From: Rhodospirillales bacterium
GTDB lineage: Bacteria; Pseudomonadota; Alphaproteobacteria; ATCC43930; CGMCC-115725
Reading direction: 5' to 3'
Length of the DNA stretch: 64,000 bases
NCBI GenBank assembly: GCA_027315365.1
Contig: DAHUYF010000153.1
Coordinates: 516-64,515, forward strand
This document shows positions 10,385 through 19,241 of the stretch, piece by piece. Both the position numbers and the translations under genes were made by a program. Below the pieces are notes generated by a model. That model was not told the origin of the DNA. It did not search any database and was given only the letters and a program-made list of their open reading frames with translations. Positions within the stretch are counted from its first letter, which is position 1, and the number at the start of each line of letters is the position of its first letter.

Positions 10385-11338
10385 CTATTCCTGAAAGGCG
10401 GGAACCGCACTCAGCAGCGCACGCGTCCGCGCGGCGTCCTCGGCGATCTGCGCCTTCAACGCCTCGATGCCGGAAAACTTGGTTTCGGGACGGAGATGAT
10501 CGATGAGCGCGACGCGCAGATGGCGGCCGTAGAGATCGCCGGCGAAATCGAAAAGATGCACTTCGAGGCGCAGGTCGCTGCCGCCGAAGGTGGGACGATT
10601 GCCGAAATTGGCGACCGCGTCGAGCCAGCGCGTCTTGCCGCCCGCCACCAGCCCGGCGCGCACGGCGTAGACGCCGGGGGCCGGTCGGAGATAATCCTGA
10701 AGGAAGATATTGGCGGTGGGAAAGCCAATGGTGCGGCCGCGCTGGTCGCCGCGCTCGACGCGGCCGTCGATCTCCCAGAAGCGCCCGAGCAGCGCCGCCG
10801 CCTCGCGCGGCCGGCCGCCCAGAAGATGCTCGCGGATCCGCGTCGAGGAATAGACCGCGCCGTCGGCCGCATCGACGCGCCCCACGACGTCGACGCCGAA
10901 GCCCAGCACCGCGCCGCGCTCGGCGAGCAGCGCGGACGTGCCGCGGCGCTCGTGGCCGAAGACGAAATCGTAGCCCGCCACGACGTGGCGGGCGCCGAGC
11001 CCGCGGACGAGCACGCTGTCGATGAAGTCTTCGGCGCTGCGCCGGGCAAAGTCGCGGTCGAAATGCAAGGTGAAGAGAAGATCCACGCCGAGCGCCTCGA
11101 TGCGGCGCGACTTGACGCGAAAAGGGGTGAGGCGGAAAGGCGGGTCCTGCGGCCGGAAGACGCTGCGCGGATGCGGCTCGAAGGTCAGCACGGCGTGCGG
11201 CGCGCCGAGCCGGCGGGCAAGCGCGCCGGCTTCGCCGATGACGCGCTGATGGCCGAGATGGACGCCGTCGAAATTGCCGAGGGCGACCACCGCGCCGCGG
11301 TCGCCGGCGGCCACCTTGTCGTGGCGGAAGATGCGCAT
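10385..11338 (-). CDS. ribF: Bifunctional riboflavin kinase / FMN adenylyltransferase
   Basis: N-terminal nucleotidyltransferase motif ALGNFDGVHLGHQ. C-terminal riboflavin-kinase motifs GFPTANI and GNRPTFG. Confidence 0.95.
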   Translation of the reverse strand: MRIFRHDKVAAGDRGAVVALGNFDGVHLGHQRVIGEAGALARRLGAPHAVLTFEPHPRSVFRPQDPPFRLTPFRVKSRRIEALGVDLLFTLHFDRDFARRSAEDFIDSVLVRGLGARHVVAGYDFVFGHERRGTSALLAERGAVLGFGVDVVGRVDAADGAVYSSTRIREHLLGGRPREAAALLGRFWEIDGRVERGDQRGRTIGFPTANIFLQDYLRPAPGVYAVRAGLVAGGKTRWLDAVANFGNRPTFGGSDLRLEVHLFDFAGDLYGRHLRVALIDHLRPETKFSGIEALKAQIAEDAARTRALLSAVPAFQE

Positions 11339-11421
11339 GAAACCGGGCTCAAGCTCCTCGCTGTCGCCCGCGAAAATATCCCGCCCGCGGCGCCAAGGAT
11401 AGGGCGGCGGCGCCGGCGGCC

Positions 11422-11871
11422 TCAGCCGCGCGCGGGCACGACCACCAGCGCATCGCCGTCGACCACCACCGTCTCGCCGACGCGGCAGACGGTCTTGAGC
11501 ACGACGCGCGCCCTGTCGCGGATGATCTCGGTGACGGTGACCCGCGCCTCGACCAGATCGCCGATGCGCACCGGGGCGCGGAAGCTCAGATTCTGCGTGA
11601 GATAGATCGTGCCGGGTCCGGGCAGCCGCGAGGCGATGGTGGTGGAGAGGAAGCTCGCCGACAGCATGCCGTGGACAATGCGGCCCTTGAAGCGGGTGGT
11701 GCGGGCGTAGTCCTCGTCGAGATGCACCGGGTTGCGATCCCCGGAGATGTCGGCGAACTGCACCACATCCTGCTCGGTGACGACGTGCTCGTAGGCGGCG
11801 GTCATGCCGATGGTCAGGTCATCCAGGGCATAACCGCGCTCACGCGGGCGTCCGGCGCGAACATCATCCAT
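11422..11871 (-). CDS. MaoC-family (R)-specific enoyl-CoA hydratase / dehydratase
   Basis: 149-aa hot-dog fold protein with the hydratase motif DISGDRNPVHLDEDYA...IVHG. Start at MDDVRAG (ATG 11871); the upstream part of the track ORF is Arg/Cys-rich junk. Confidence 0.85.
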   Translation of the reverse strand: MDDVRAGRPRERGYALDDLTIGMTAAYEHVVTEQDVVQFADISGDRNPVHLDEDYARTTRFKGRIVHGMLSASFLSTTIASRLPGPGTIYLTQNLSFRAPVRIGDLVEARVTVTEIIRDRARVVLKTVCRVGETVVVDGDALVVVPARG

Positions 11872-12018
11872 GACAGGCACCTCGGAAGGACAACGAGCTT
11901 GCTGCAGTCGCGCGGCCAGGGCGGCCAAGGCGGGTGCAACGCAACTTACCCGCCGCACCGGCCGGCGGCAAGCCCATGGAATCCAAGCTGCTTGTTTAAC
12001 GCCTGAGGTGGGGATTCG

Positions 12019-12034
12019 TCTCGCAATTGCGAGA
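12019..12034. promoter_or_regulatory. Perfect 16-bp palindrome TCTCGCAATTGCGAGA (candidate operator or short hairpin)
   Basis: Exact dyad, cross-checked against translations of track ORFs 11870..12199 and 12027..12236. It lies 7 nt downstream of the amidase stop and about 150 nt upstream of the maoC start. Confidence 0.3.
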
Positions 12035-12040
12035 ACCCCC

Positions 12041-13480
12041 TCAAACCCGCCCCGACCGCGGGTCGATCGGCAGCAGCGCCGCAAGGCCGAGCTGCTCCTC
12101 GAGCAGCGCCGCCGCGGCCAGCAGCGCCGCCTCGCCGCGCGGCTTGCCCACCAGCTGCAGCCCGACCGGCAGGCCGCCGCGGGTGAAGCCGCAGGGTAGC
12201 GACAGGGCGGGACATCCCGCCAGCGTCACGGCATAGCTCATGGCGAGCCAGTCGACGTAATTGTCGAAGCGGTGGCCGGCCACCTCCTCGACATAGCGCT
12301 GCTCGATGTCGAAAGGCGGCACGATCACCGCCGGCGTGGCCAGCAGATCATACTCGCCGAAGAAATCGGCGACGCGCTCGTAAAGCCGCGCGCGCTCGCG
12401 CATCGCATTCCCCACCGCCGCGCCGTCGAGCGCCAGGCCCTTCTCGATGTTCCAGATCATCTCGGGCTTGAGGCGGTCGCGGTGCTCCGCCAGGAGCGGC
12501 GCGTAATTGGCGGCGAAGCGCACGGCGCGCAGCGTCTGGAAGATCTCGGCGGCGCCGCTGAAATCGGGGCAGGCTTCCTCGACCGCAGCGCCGCGCTCGC
12601 CGAAGCGCCGCGCCGCCGCGCCGGCCAGCGCGGCGGCTTCGGGTTCGACCGGCAGGAAGCCCAGATCGCGCGAGAAGCCGATGCGCCGGGGCGCGCGGGC
12701 GGGCGCGTCGCGCACGGCGTCGAGAAAGGACTCGGCCGGCGGCGCGACCGACAGCGGGTCGCGGGGATCGAAGACCGCCATGGCGTCGAGCATCAGGGCG
12801 AGATCGCCGACATTGCGCGCCATCGGCCCGGCGACGGCCAGGCCGTCATAGAGGTTCTTCCCCGGGCCTTGCGGCACCAGGCCGGGGCTCGGGCGCAGCC
12901 CCACCACCGAGCAGAAGCTGGCGGGGATGCGCAGGCTGCCGCCGAGATCGGTGCCGTTGGCGAGCCAGACCTCGCCGGCGGCGAGCGCCACCGCGGCGCC
13001 GCCCGAGGAGCCGCCGCAGCTCATCGCGGTGTTCCAGGGATTGCGCGTCTTGCCGAAGACCGGGTTGAAGGTGTTGGCGCCGGCGGCGAATTCCGGCGCG
13101 TTCGAGCGTGCCAGCACGACGCCGCCGCGGCGCTCCAGCGCCTCCACCTGGAGATCGGAGCGCTCCGGCACGCGATCGGCGTAGATCGGCGAGCCATGGG
13201 TGCTGCGCACGCCCGCGACATCCATCGAATCCTTGATGGCGAGCGGCAGGCCACCGAGCCAGCCCCGCCGGTCCTCAGGCGCGGGCGCCGCCATCAGCCG
13301 CCGCGCGTGCTCGCGGGCGCGGTCGGAGCAGCGGATGGGGAGCGCGTTCACCGCGCCGTCGACGGCCTCGATGCGCGCCAGCGCGGCGTCGATGAGCTCG
13401 AGCGGCGAGACCTCGCGCCGCTCGAGAAGGGCCAGCGCCTGGCGGGCGGTGAGGCGGATGAGATCGTCGCTCCGGGCCAT
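12041..13480 (-). CDS. Amidase-signature family amidase
   Basis: Amidase signature GGSSGGAAVALAAGE with upstream LAIKDSMDVAG (catalytic Lys context). Start at MARSDDLIRL (ATG 13480). Confidence 0.9.
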   Translation of the reverse strand: MARSDDLIRLTARQALALLERREVSPLELIDAALARIEAVDGAVNALPIRCSDRAREHARRLMAAPAPEDRRGWLGGLPLAIKDSMDVAGVRSTHGSPIYADRVPERSDLQVEALERRGGVVLARSNAPEFAAGANTFNPVFGKTRNPWNTAMSCGGSSGGAAVALAAGEVWLANGTDLGGSLRIPASFCSVVGLRPSPGLVPQGPGKNLYDGLAVAGPMARNVGDLALMLDAMAVFDPRDPLSVAPPAESFLDAVRDAPARAPRRIGFSRDLGFLPVEPEAAALAGAAARRFGERGAAVEEACPDFSGAAEIFQTLRAVRFAANYAPLLAEHRDRLKPEMIWNIEKGLALDGAAVGNAMRERARLYERVADFFGEYDLLATPAVIVPPFDIEQRYVEEVAGHRFDNYVDWLAMSYAVTLAGCPALSLPCGFTRGGLPVGLQLVGKPRGEAALLAAAALLEEQLGLAALLPIDPRSGRV

Positions 13481-13583
13481 GGATGCTCCTGTTTCTTCCG
13501 GCGACGGTAGCATTCCGCCCGCCGCGGCGGGAGGGCCGAAAGCGCTTCCGCGGCTGCCCGCGCGCGGCTAAGCTCCGCCCGCC

Positions 13584-14621
13584 ATGGAACCCAACAGCGC
13601 CTTGCCCTTGCGCGAGATGTGGTATTTCGCGCTGCCCGCCGCGTCGCTGCGGCGCGGGCGGATGCTGGCAACGACGCTGCTGGGCGAGCCGTTGCTGCTC
13701 TGCCGCGGCGGCGACGGCGCGGCGTTCGCGCTGCGCGACATCTGTCCGCATCGCGGCATCCCGCTGTCCTGCGGCAGCTTCGACGGGCGCGAGGTGGAAT
13801 GCTGCTATCACGGCTGGCGCTTCGACGCGAGCGGCCGGTGCACCACCATTCCCTCGCTGGTCCCGGGCCAGGAGCTCGACATCGGGCGCATCGGCGTCAA
13901 GGCCTATCCGGTGCGCGAGGTGCAGGGCAATCTCTGGATCTATTTCGGCGACGATCCCGACGGCGCGCCGGAGGTGCCGGTGATGCCGGCGATCGGCGAG
14001 CGCGCGCCGGATCTGTTCGAGAGCATGCGCTTTCCCTGCAGCATCGATCATGCGGTGGTCGGGCTGATGGACCCGGCGCACGGCCCCTTCGTGCATCGCG
14101 CCTGGTGGTGGCGCGGGCGGCGGTCGATCCACGAGAAGGCGAAGGCGTTTGCCGCGTCGCCCTTCGGTTTCACCATGCTGCGCCACGCGCCGTCGCGGAA
14201 CTCCAGAGCCTACAAGCTGCTCGGCGGCGCGCCCGAGACCGAGATCGTCTTCCGCCTGCCGAGCGTGCGCATCGAGCACATCCGCGTCGGCCGCCACGCG
14301 CTGGTCAACCTCACCGCGGTGACGCCACTGTCGGAAAGCGAATGCGCGGTCAATCACGCGATCTGGTGGACCCTGCCGCACCTCACGCCGCTGAAGCCGC
14401 TGCTGCGGCCGTTCGCGCGCGCCTTCCTGCGCCAGGATCGCGACATCATGGCACGGCAGGCGACGGGGCTCAGCCACCAGCCGAGCCTGATGCTGATCAA
14501 CGACGCCGATACCCAGGCGCGCTGGTACTACCGGCTCAAGAACGAATATGCGCGCGCACGCGCCGAGCGCCGGGCTTTCGTCAATCCGGTGAAGGACCGC
14601 GTGCTGCGCTGGCGGAGCTGA
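13584..14621 (+). CDS. Rieske [2Fe-2S] non-haem-iron oxygenase (PaO/phthalate-family-like alpha subunit)
   Basis: Rieske motif CPHRG-x16-CCYHGWRF. Mononuclear iron motif DPAHGPFVH. Confidence 0.85.
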   Translation: MEPNSALPLREMWYFALPAASLRRGRMLATTLLGEPLLLCRGGDGAAFALRDICPHRGIPLSCGSFDGREVECCYHGWRFDASGRCTTIPSLVPGQELDIGRIGVKAYPVREVQGNLWIYFGDDPDGAPEVPVMPAIGERAPDLFESMRFPCSIDHAVVGLMDPAHGPFVHRAWWWRGRRSIHEKAKAFAASPFGFTMLRHAPSRNSRAYKLLGGAPETEIVFRLPSVRIEHIRVGRHALVNLTAVTPLSESECAVNHAIWWTLPHLTPLKPLLRPFARAFLRQDRDIMARQATGLSHQPSLMLINDADTQARWYYRLKNEYARARAERRAFVNPVKDRVLRWRS

Positions 14622-14622
14622 C

Positions 14623-15081
14623 ATGACGGCGCCGGTGCTCTCGACCATCGGCTATGAGAAGGCGAGCCAGGCCGAGGTGCTGGCGGCGCTGGCCGCCGCC
14701 GGAATCCGCCGCGTCATCGACGTCCGCGACCGGCCGCTGTCGCGCCGCGCCGGCTTCTCCAAGCGCCAGCTCGAGGCGGGGTTGGAGAGCCACGGCATCG
14801 GCTATGTGCATCTCAAGGCGCTGGGCACGCCGCCCGAGGGACGCGAGGCGAATCGAAGAAGGCAATGGCCACGCTTCTGGGAGATCGTCGAGGCGAAGCT
14901 CGCCACGCCCGAGGCCGAGCACGCGCTGGAGCGGGCGGCGGCGCTGGCGGCCGAGGCGCCAAGCTGCCTGCTGTGCTACGAGGCGGACTGCCGAATCTGC
15001 CATCGCCACCGCGTCGCCGAGCTGCTCGCCGAGCGCCACGGCTTTGCCATCCGCCATCTCGAGGTGGCGCACGGGCCGTAG
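14623..15081 (+). CDS. DUF488 family protein
   Basis: 152 aa. STIGYE...IRRVIDVRDRPLSRRAGFSK...LLCYEADCRICHRHRV matches my memory of DUF488. The start is 1 nt after the Rieske stop. Confidence 0.75.
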   Translation: MTAPVLSTIGYEKASQAEVLAALAAAGIRRVIDVRDRPLSRRAGFSKRQLEAGLESHGIGYVHLKALGTPPEGREANRRRQWPRFWEIVEAKLATPEAEHALERAAALAAEAPSCLLCYEADCRICHRHRVAELLAERHGFAIRHLEVAHGP

Positions 15082-15110
15082 CGGGCGCGGACGACAGCTG
15101 GCCGCCCGCC

Positions 15111-16136
15111 CTACTCTCCCGGTGCGGTCTGCGCCACCGCTGCAGGGGGCGGAGCTTCGGTGCGGCCGGCGGTGACGCGCTGCGCCAGATGGATGATCTC
15201 GCCGACCACGCCGCGGCGGAAGGTGAGCACGCAGACGACGAAGATGACGCCCTGGATCACCGTCACCCAGGAGCCGTACTGCGCCAGGTAGTTCTCCATG
15301 CCGACATCGATGAAGGCGCCGACCACCGGGCCGAAGACGGTGCCGAGGCCGCCGAGCAGCGTCATCAGCACCACCTCGCCCGACATCTGCCACTGCACGT
15401 CGGTGAGCGAGGCGAGCTGGAAGACCAGCGATTTGGTCGAGCCGGCGAGCCCGGCCAGCGTCGCCGACAGGATGAAGGCCAGGAGCTTGTAGCGGTCGGT
15501 GCGGTAGCCCAGGGAGATGGCGCGCGGCTCGTTCTCGCGGATCGCCTTCAGCACCTGGCCGAAGGGCGAATGGATGGTGCGGTAGACCAACGCATAGCCG
15601 ATCAGGAAGACGACGAGCACGAAATAATACATGGCAAGGGGATCGCCGAGATCGACGAGGCCGAGCAGGCGGCCGCGCGGCACTGCCTGGATGCCGTCCT
15701 CGCCGCCGGTGAATTTGGCCTGCAAGGCCACGAAATACACCATCTGCGCCAGCGCCAGCGTCACCATGGCGAAGTAGATGCCCTGGCGGCGGATGGCGAG
15801 CCAGCCGAACCCCGTGCCGAGCACCGCCGCCACCGCGGTGCCGGCGAGGATGCCGACCAGCGGCTCGAAGCCCCAGGCCTTCACTGTATAGGCGGTGATG
15901 TAGGAGGCGGTGCCCATGAAGGCGGCATGCCCGAAGGAGAGCAATCCGACGTAGCCGATCAGCAGGTTGAAGGCGCAGGCGAAGAGCGCGAAGCACAGCG
16001 CCTTCATCAGGAAGACCGGGTAGAACAGGAAGGGCCCGGCGACCGCCGCCGCCAGCAGCAGCGCGCCGAGGATCAGCCGCCAGTGCCGCGGCAGCCCGGC
16101 CTGGCGCGGCGAGCGGGCGGGCTGCGTGCCGGCCAT
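15111..16136 (-). CDS. Branched-chain amino acid ABC transporter permease (LivM type)
   Basis: 341-aa polytopic permease with typical LivM-like sequence (LLSFGHAAFMG...). 1-nt gap to the upstream permease gene. Confidence 0.85.
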   Translation of the reverse strand: MAGTQPARSPRQAGLPRHWRLILGALLLAAAVAGPFLFYPVFLMKALCFALFACAFNLLIGYVGLLSFGHAAFMGTASYITAYTVKAWGFEPLVGILAGTAVAAVLGTGFGWLAIRRQGIYFAMVTLALAQMVYFVALQAKFTGGEDGIQAVPRGRLLGLVDLGDPLAMYYFVLVVFLIGYALVYRTIHSPFGQVLKAIRENEPRAISLGYRTDRYKLLAFILSATLAGLAGSTKSLVFQLASLTDVQWQMSGEVVLMTLLGGLGTVFGPVVGAFIDVGMENYLAQYGSWVTVIQGVIFVVCVLTFRRGVVGEIIHLAQRVTAGRTEAPPPAAVAQTAPGE

Positions 16137-16137
16137 G

Positions 16138-17037
16138 TCAGGCGGTCCTGCCGAAGAAGCCGGCGGGCTTGACCAGCAGCACCACCGCCATCACCACGAA
16201 GATCACCGTGTTCGACGCCTCCGGATAGAACACCTTGGTCAGGCCCTCGACCAGGCCCAGCACGAAGCCGCTGAGCACGGCGCCGACGATCGAGCCCATG
16301 CCGCCGATGACGACGACGGCGAAGACGACGACGATGATGTCGGAACCCATCAGCGGGCTCACCTGATAGATCGGCGCCGCGAGCACGCCCGCCAGCGCCG
16401 CAAGCCCGGCGCCGAAGCCATAGGTCAGGGTCACCATGCGCGGCACGTTGATCCCGAAGGCCTGCACCAGCGTCGGGTTCTCGGTGGCGGCGCGCAGATA
16501 GGCGCCGAGCCGGGTGCGCTCGATCAGGAACCAGGTGCCGAAGCACACCGCAAGCGAGGCGACGATCACCCACGCGCGATAGTTCGGCAGGAACATGAAG
16601 CCGAGATTGCGCGCGCCGGTGAGGCCGTCGGGGATCGAATAGGGCTGGCCGGACGAGCCGTAATACTGGCGGAACAGCCCCTCGATGATCAGCGCCAGCC
16701 CGAAGGTGAGCAGCAGCCCGTAGAGATGGTCGAGCTTGTAGACATGGCGCAGGAACAGGCGCTCCAGCACCATCCCCGCCGCGGCGACCACGATCGGCGC
16801 CAGGATCAGCGCCGGCCAGTAGCCAATGCCGAGATAATTGAGCGCGAGCCAGGCGCAGAACGCGCCCAGCATGTACTGCGCGCCATGCGTGAAGTTGATG
16901 ATGTTGAGCATGCCGAAGATGACGGCAAGCCCGAGGCTCAGCATGGCATAGAACGCGCCGTTGATGAGGCCGATGAGCAGCTGCGCGAAGAGCGCCGGCG
17001 TCGGCGGCAGCGCGATATGAGGAAGGAAGGAGAGCAT
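16138..17037 (-). CDS. Branched-chain amino acid ABC transporter permease (LivH type)
   Basis: 299-aa polytopic permease (INFTHGAQYMLGAF..., GGMGSIVGAVLSG). Confidence 0.85.
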   Translation of the reverse strand: MLSFLPHIALPPTPALFAQLLIGLINGAFYAMLSLGLAVIFGMLNIINFTHGAQYMLGAFCAWLALNYLGIGYWPALILAPIVVAAAGMVLERLFLRHVYKLDHLYGLLLTFGLALIIEGLFRQYYGSSGQPYSIPDGLTGARNLGFMFLPNYRAWVIVASLAVCFGTWFLIERTRLGAYLRAATENPTLVQAFGINVPRMVTLTYGFGAGLAALAGVLAAPIYQVSPLMGSDIIVVVFAVVVIGGMGSIVGAVLSGFVLGLVEGLTKVFYPEASNTVIFVVMAVVLLVKPAGFFGRTA

Positions 17038-17112
17038 CGTCGTCAGCGACCTTCCCTGCCGTCAAGGGGCGGACACACGCATCTCGCAACGCCTGCGCCA
17101 CTTCCCCGAAGC

Positions 17113-17140
17113 CCTTTTCCGCCCTTCAGGGTGGAGAAGG
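17113..17140. repeat. REP-like imperfect hairpin in the SBP-permease intergenic spacer
   Basis: CCTTTTCCGCCC-ttca-GGGTGGAGAAGG, a 12-bp stem with two non-Watson-Crick positions. Lies within the 265-bp gap between the SBP and LivH-type genes. Confidence 0.45.
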
Positions 17141-17235
17141 ATTCAGGATGGGGTCGGCGGCCCCGCCACTGCCGCCGCCCGCCATGCGCCTCGGCGACGA
17201 TGGGACCGGCGTCGCGACAGCCCCACCTCTCCCAA

Positions 17236-17262
17236 CCTCTCCGCCGCGAAGGGGCGGAGAGG
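17236..17262. repeat. REP-like perfect hairpin in the SBP-permease intergenic spacer
   Basis: CCTCTCCGCC-gcgaagg-GGCGGAGAGG, a 10-bp perfect stem. Positions cross-checked against the translation of track ORF 17148..17351 (..TSPPRRGGEG..). Confidence 0.55.
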
Positions 17263-17302
17263 GGCAGGCCACAGCACGCCAACGTCATCGACGAGCGGCG
17301 CA

Positions 17303-18505
17303 TCAGCCGTTCTTCACCAACGGGCAGTCGCCCTTGTCCAGCGGGCGATAGGCCTCGTCGCCGGGGACGGTCTGGATCAGCTTGTAGTAGTCCCACGGCG
17401 CCTTCGACTCCGACGGCTTCTTGACCTCGAAGAGATACATGTCGCGCACCACGCGGCCGTCGATGCGCAGCTTTCCGTTCTTGGTCATAAAATCGTTGAT
17501 CGGCAGCGCCCGCATCTCCGCCATCACCTTGTCCGGATCCTTGGTGCCGCTCGCCTTGACCGCCTTGAGGTAGTGGGCGACGGCGCTGTAGACGCCGGCC
17601 TGGTCGAAGGTCGGGGGACGGCCGGTCTTCTCGGCGAAGCGCTTGGAGAAGGCGCGCGTCTGGTCGTTCATGTCCCAGTAGAAGGGGCTGGTGAGCTGAA
17701 GCCCCTGCGCCACTTTGAGTCCGAGACTGTGCACGTCGGAGATGAACATCAGCAGGCCGGCGAACTTCTGGCCGCCTTCGACGATGCCGAACTCGGCGCC
17801 CTGCTTGATCGAGTTGATGGTGTCGCCGCCGGCATTGGCGAGGCCGATGATCTTCGCCTTCGAGGCCTGCGCCTGCAGCAGGTAGGAGGAGAAATCGGCG
17901 GTGCTGAGCGGCACCATCACGTCGCCCAGGATCTTGCCGCCCGCCGCCTTGACGACGTCGCCGGTGTCGCGCTCGAGCGCGTGGCCGAAGGCGTAGTCGG
18001 CGGTGATGAAGAACCAGGTATCGCCGCCGCTCTTCACCACCGCGCCGCCGGTCACATGGGCGAGCGAATAGGTGTCATAGACCCAGGCTGCGGCATAGGC
18101 GTTGCATTTGGGGCCGGTAAGGTCGGAGCTGGCCGGCCCGGTGAACAGCGCGAGTTTTTTCTTCTCGCGCGCAACCTCGGTGACCGCCAGCGCCACCGAC
18201 GAGGTCGGCACGTCGGTGATCATGTCGACGCCGTCCTGGTCGTACCATTGGCGGGCGATGCTCGAGCCGACATCGGGCTTGTTCTGGTGGTCGCCGGAGA
18301 TCACCACCGCCTTCTGGCCCAGCACCGGACCGGCATCATCGACCGCCATCTGCGCGGCCACGACCGAGCCCTTGCCGCCGACATCGGAATAGAGCCCCGA
18401 CATGTCGTTGAGGACGCCGATCTTCACCGGGCCGGACTGCGCGCCGGCGGAGGCGGCGCCGAGCGCAACGAGGGCCGCCGCGGCCAAAAGGATTTTCGCT
18501 TGCAT
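17303..18505 (-). CDS. ABC transporter substrate-binding protein (Leu/Ile/Val-binding family)
   Basis: Signal peptide MQAKILLAAAALVALGAASAGAQS, followed by a type-I periplasmic binding fold sequence (VKIGVLNDMSGLYSDVGG...). Start at ATG 18505. Confidence 0.85.
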   Translation of the reverse strand: MQAKILLAAAALVALGAASAGAQSGPVKIGVLNDMSGLYSDVGGKGSVVAAQMAVDDAGPVLGQKAVVISGDHQNKPDVGSSIARQWYDQDGVDMITDVPTSSVALAVTEVAREKKKLALFTGPASSDLTGPKCNAYAAAWVYDTYSLAHVTGGAVVKSGGDTWFFITADYAFGHALERDTGDVVKAAGGKILGDVMVPLSTADFSSYLLQAQASKAKIIGLANAGGDTINSIKQGAEFGIVEGGQKFAGLLMFISDVHSLGLKVAQGLQLTSPFYWDMNDQTRAFSKRFAEKTGRPPTFDQAGVYSAVAHYLKAVKASGTKDPDKVMAEMRALPINDFMTKNGKLRIDGRVVRDMYLFEVKKPSESKAPWDYYKLIQTVPGDEAYRPLDKGDCPLVKNG

Positions 18506-18518
18506 CTTCCAGACCTCC

Positions 18519-19241
18519 CTAGACACCCAGATATTCGTGCAGCTTGCCGATGTTCTGGTCGAGCCGGTCATTGGCGATTTCGTCGATGACCTGACCGTGC
18601 TCGACGACATAATGGCGATCCGCCACGGTGGCGGCAAAGCGGAAATTCTGCTCCACCAGCAGGATGGTGAAGCCCTTGCGCTTGAGCATGCGGATGACGC
18701 CGCCGATCTGCTGCACGATCACCGGCGCCAGCCCCTCGGTCGGCTCGTCGAGCAGCAGCAGACGCGCCCCGGTGCGCAAGATGCGGCCGATCGCCAGCAT
18801 CTGCTGCTCGCCGCCGGACAGCTTGGTCCCCTGGCTGCGCCGGCGCTCGGCGAGATTGGGGAAGAGCGTGTAGATCTCCTCGACGCTCATGCCGCCCGGC
18901 CGCACCTGCGGCGGCAGCAGCAGGTTCTCCTCGACGTTCAGGCTGGCGAAGATGCCGCGCTCTTCCGGGCAATAGGCGACGCCGAGCCGGGCGATGCGAT
19001 TGGAGGCGAGGCCGATGAGCTCGCGGCCCTCGAACGCCACCGAGCCGCGGCGCTGCGCCAGGATGCCCTGAATCGCCTTCAGCGTCGTGGTCTTGCCGAC
19101 GCCGTTGCGGCCGAGCAGCGTCACCACCTCGCCCTCGCCGACGCTGAAGCTCATGCCGTGGAGGACGTGCGATTCGCCGTACCAGCCCTGCAGGTCCTGG
19201 ACGCGCAGCAGCTCCTTCTGTCGTACCGCCGCGTCAGGCAT
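18519..19241 (-). CDS. ABC transporter ATP-binding protein (LivF type)
   Basis: Walker A GRNGVGKTT, signature LSGGEQQML, Walker B LLLLDEP. The start ATG 19241 overlaps the upstream ATPase gene by 8 nt. Confidence 0.9.
   Translation of the reverse strand: MPDAAVRQKELLRVQDLQGWYGESHVLHGMSFSVGEGEVVTLLGRNGVGKTTTLKAIQGILAQRRGSVAFEGRELIGLASNRIARLGVAYCPEERGIFASLNVEENLLLPPQVRPGGMSVEEIYTLFPNLAERRRSQGTKLSGGEQQMLAIGRILRTGARLLLLDEPTEGLAPVIVQQIGGVIRMLKRKGFTILLVEQNFRFAATVADRHYVVEHGQVIDEIANDRLDQNIGKLHEYLGV

Noticed and set aside
13518-13531. A perfect 14-bp palindrome CCCGCCGCGGCGGG in the divergent amidase/Rieske gap. A similar GC-only dyad is GGCGACGTCGCC near 40160.
   Set aside because: Palindromes composed only of G and C arise readily by chance at this base composition, and there is no supporting context.
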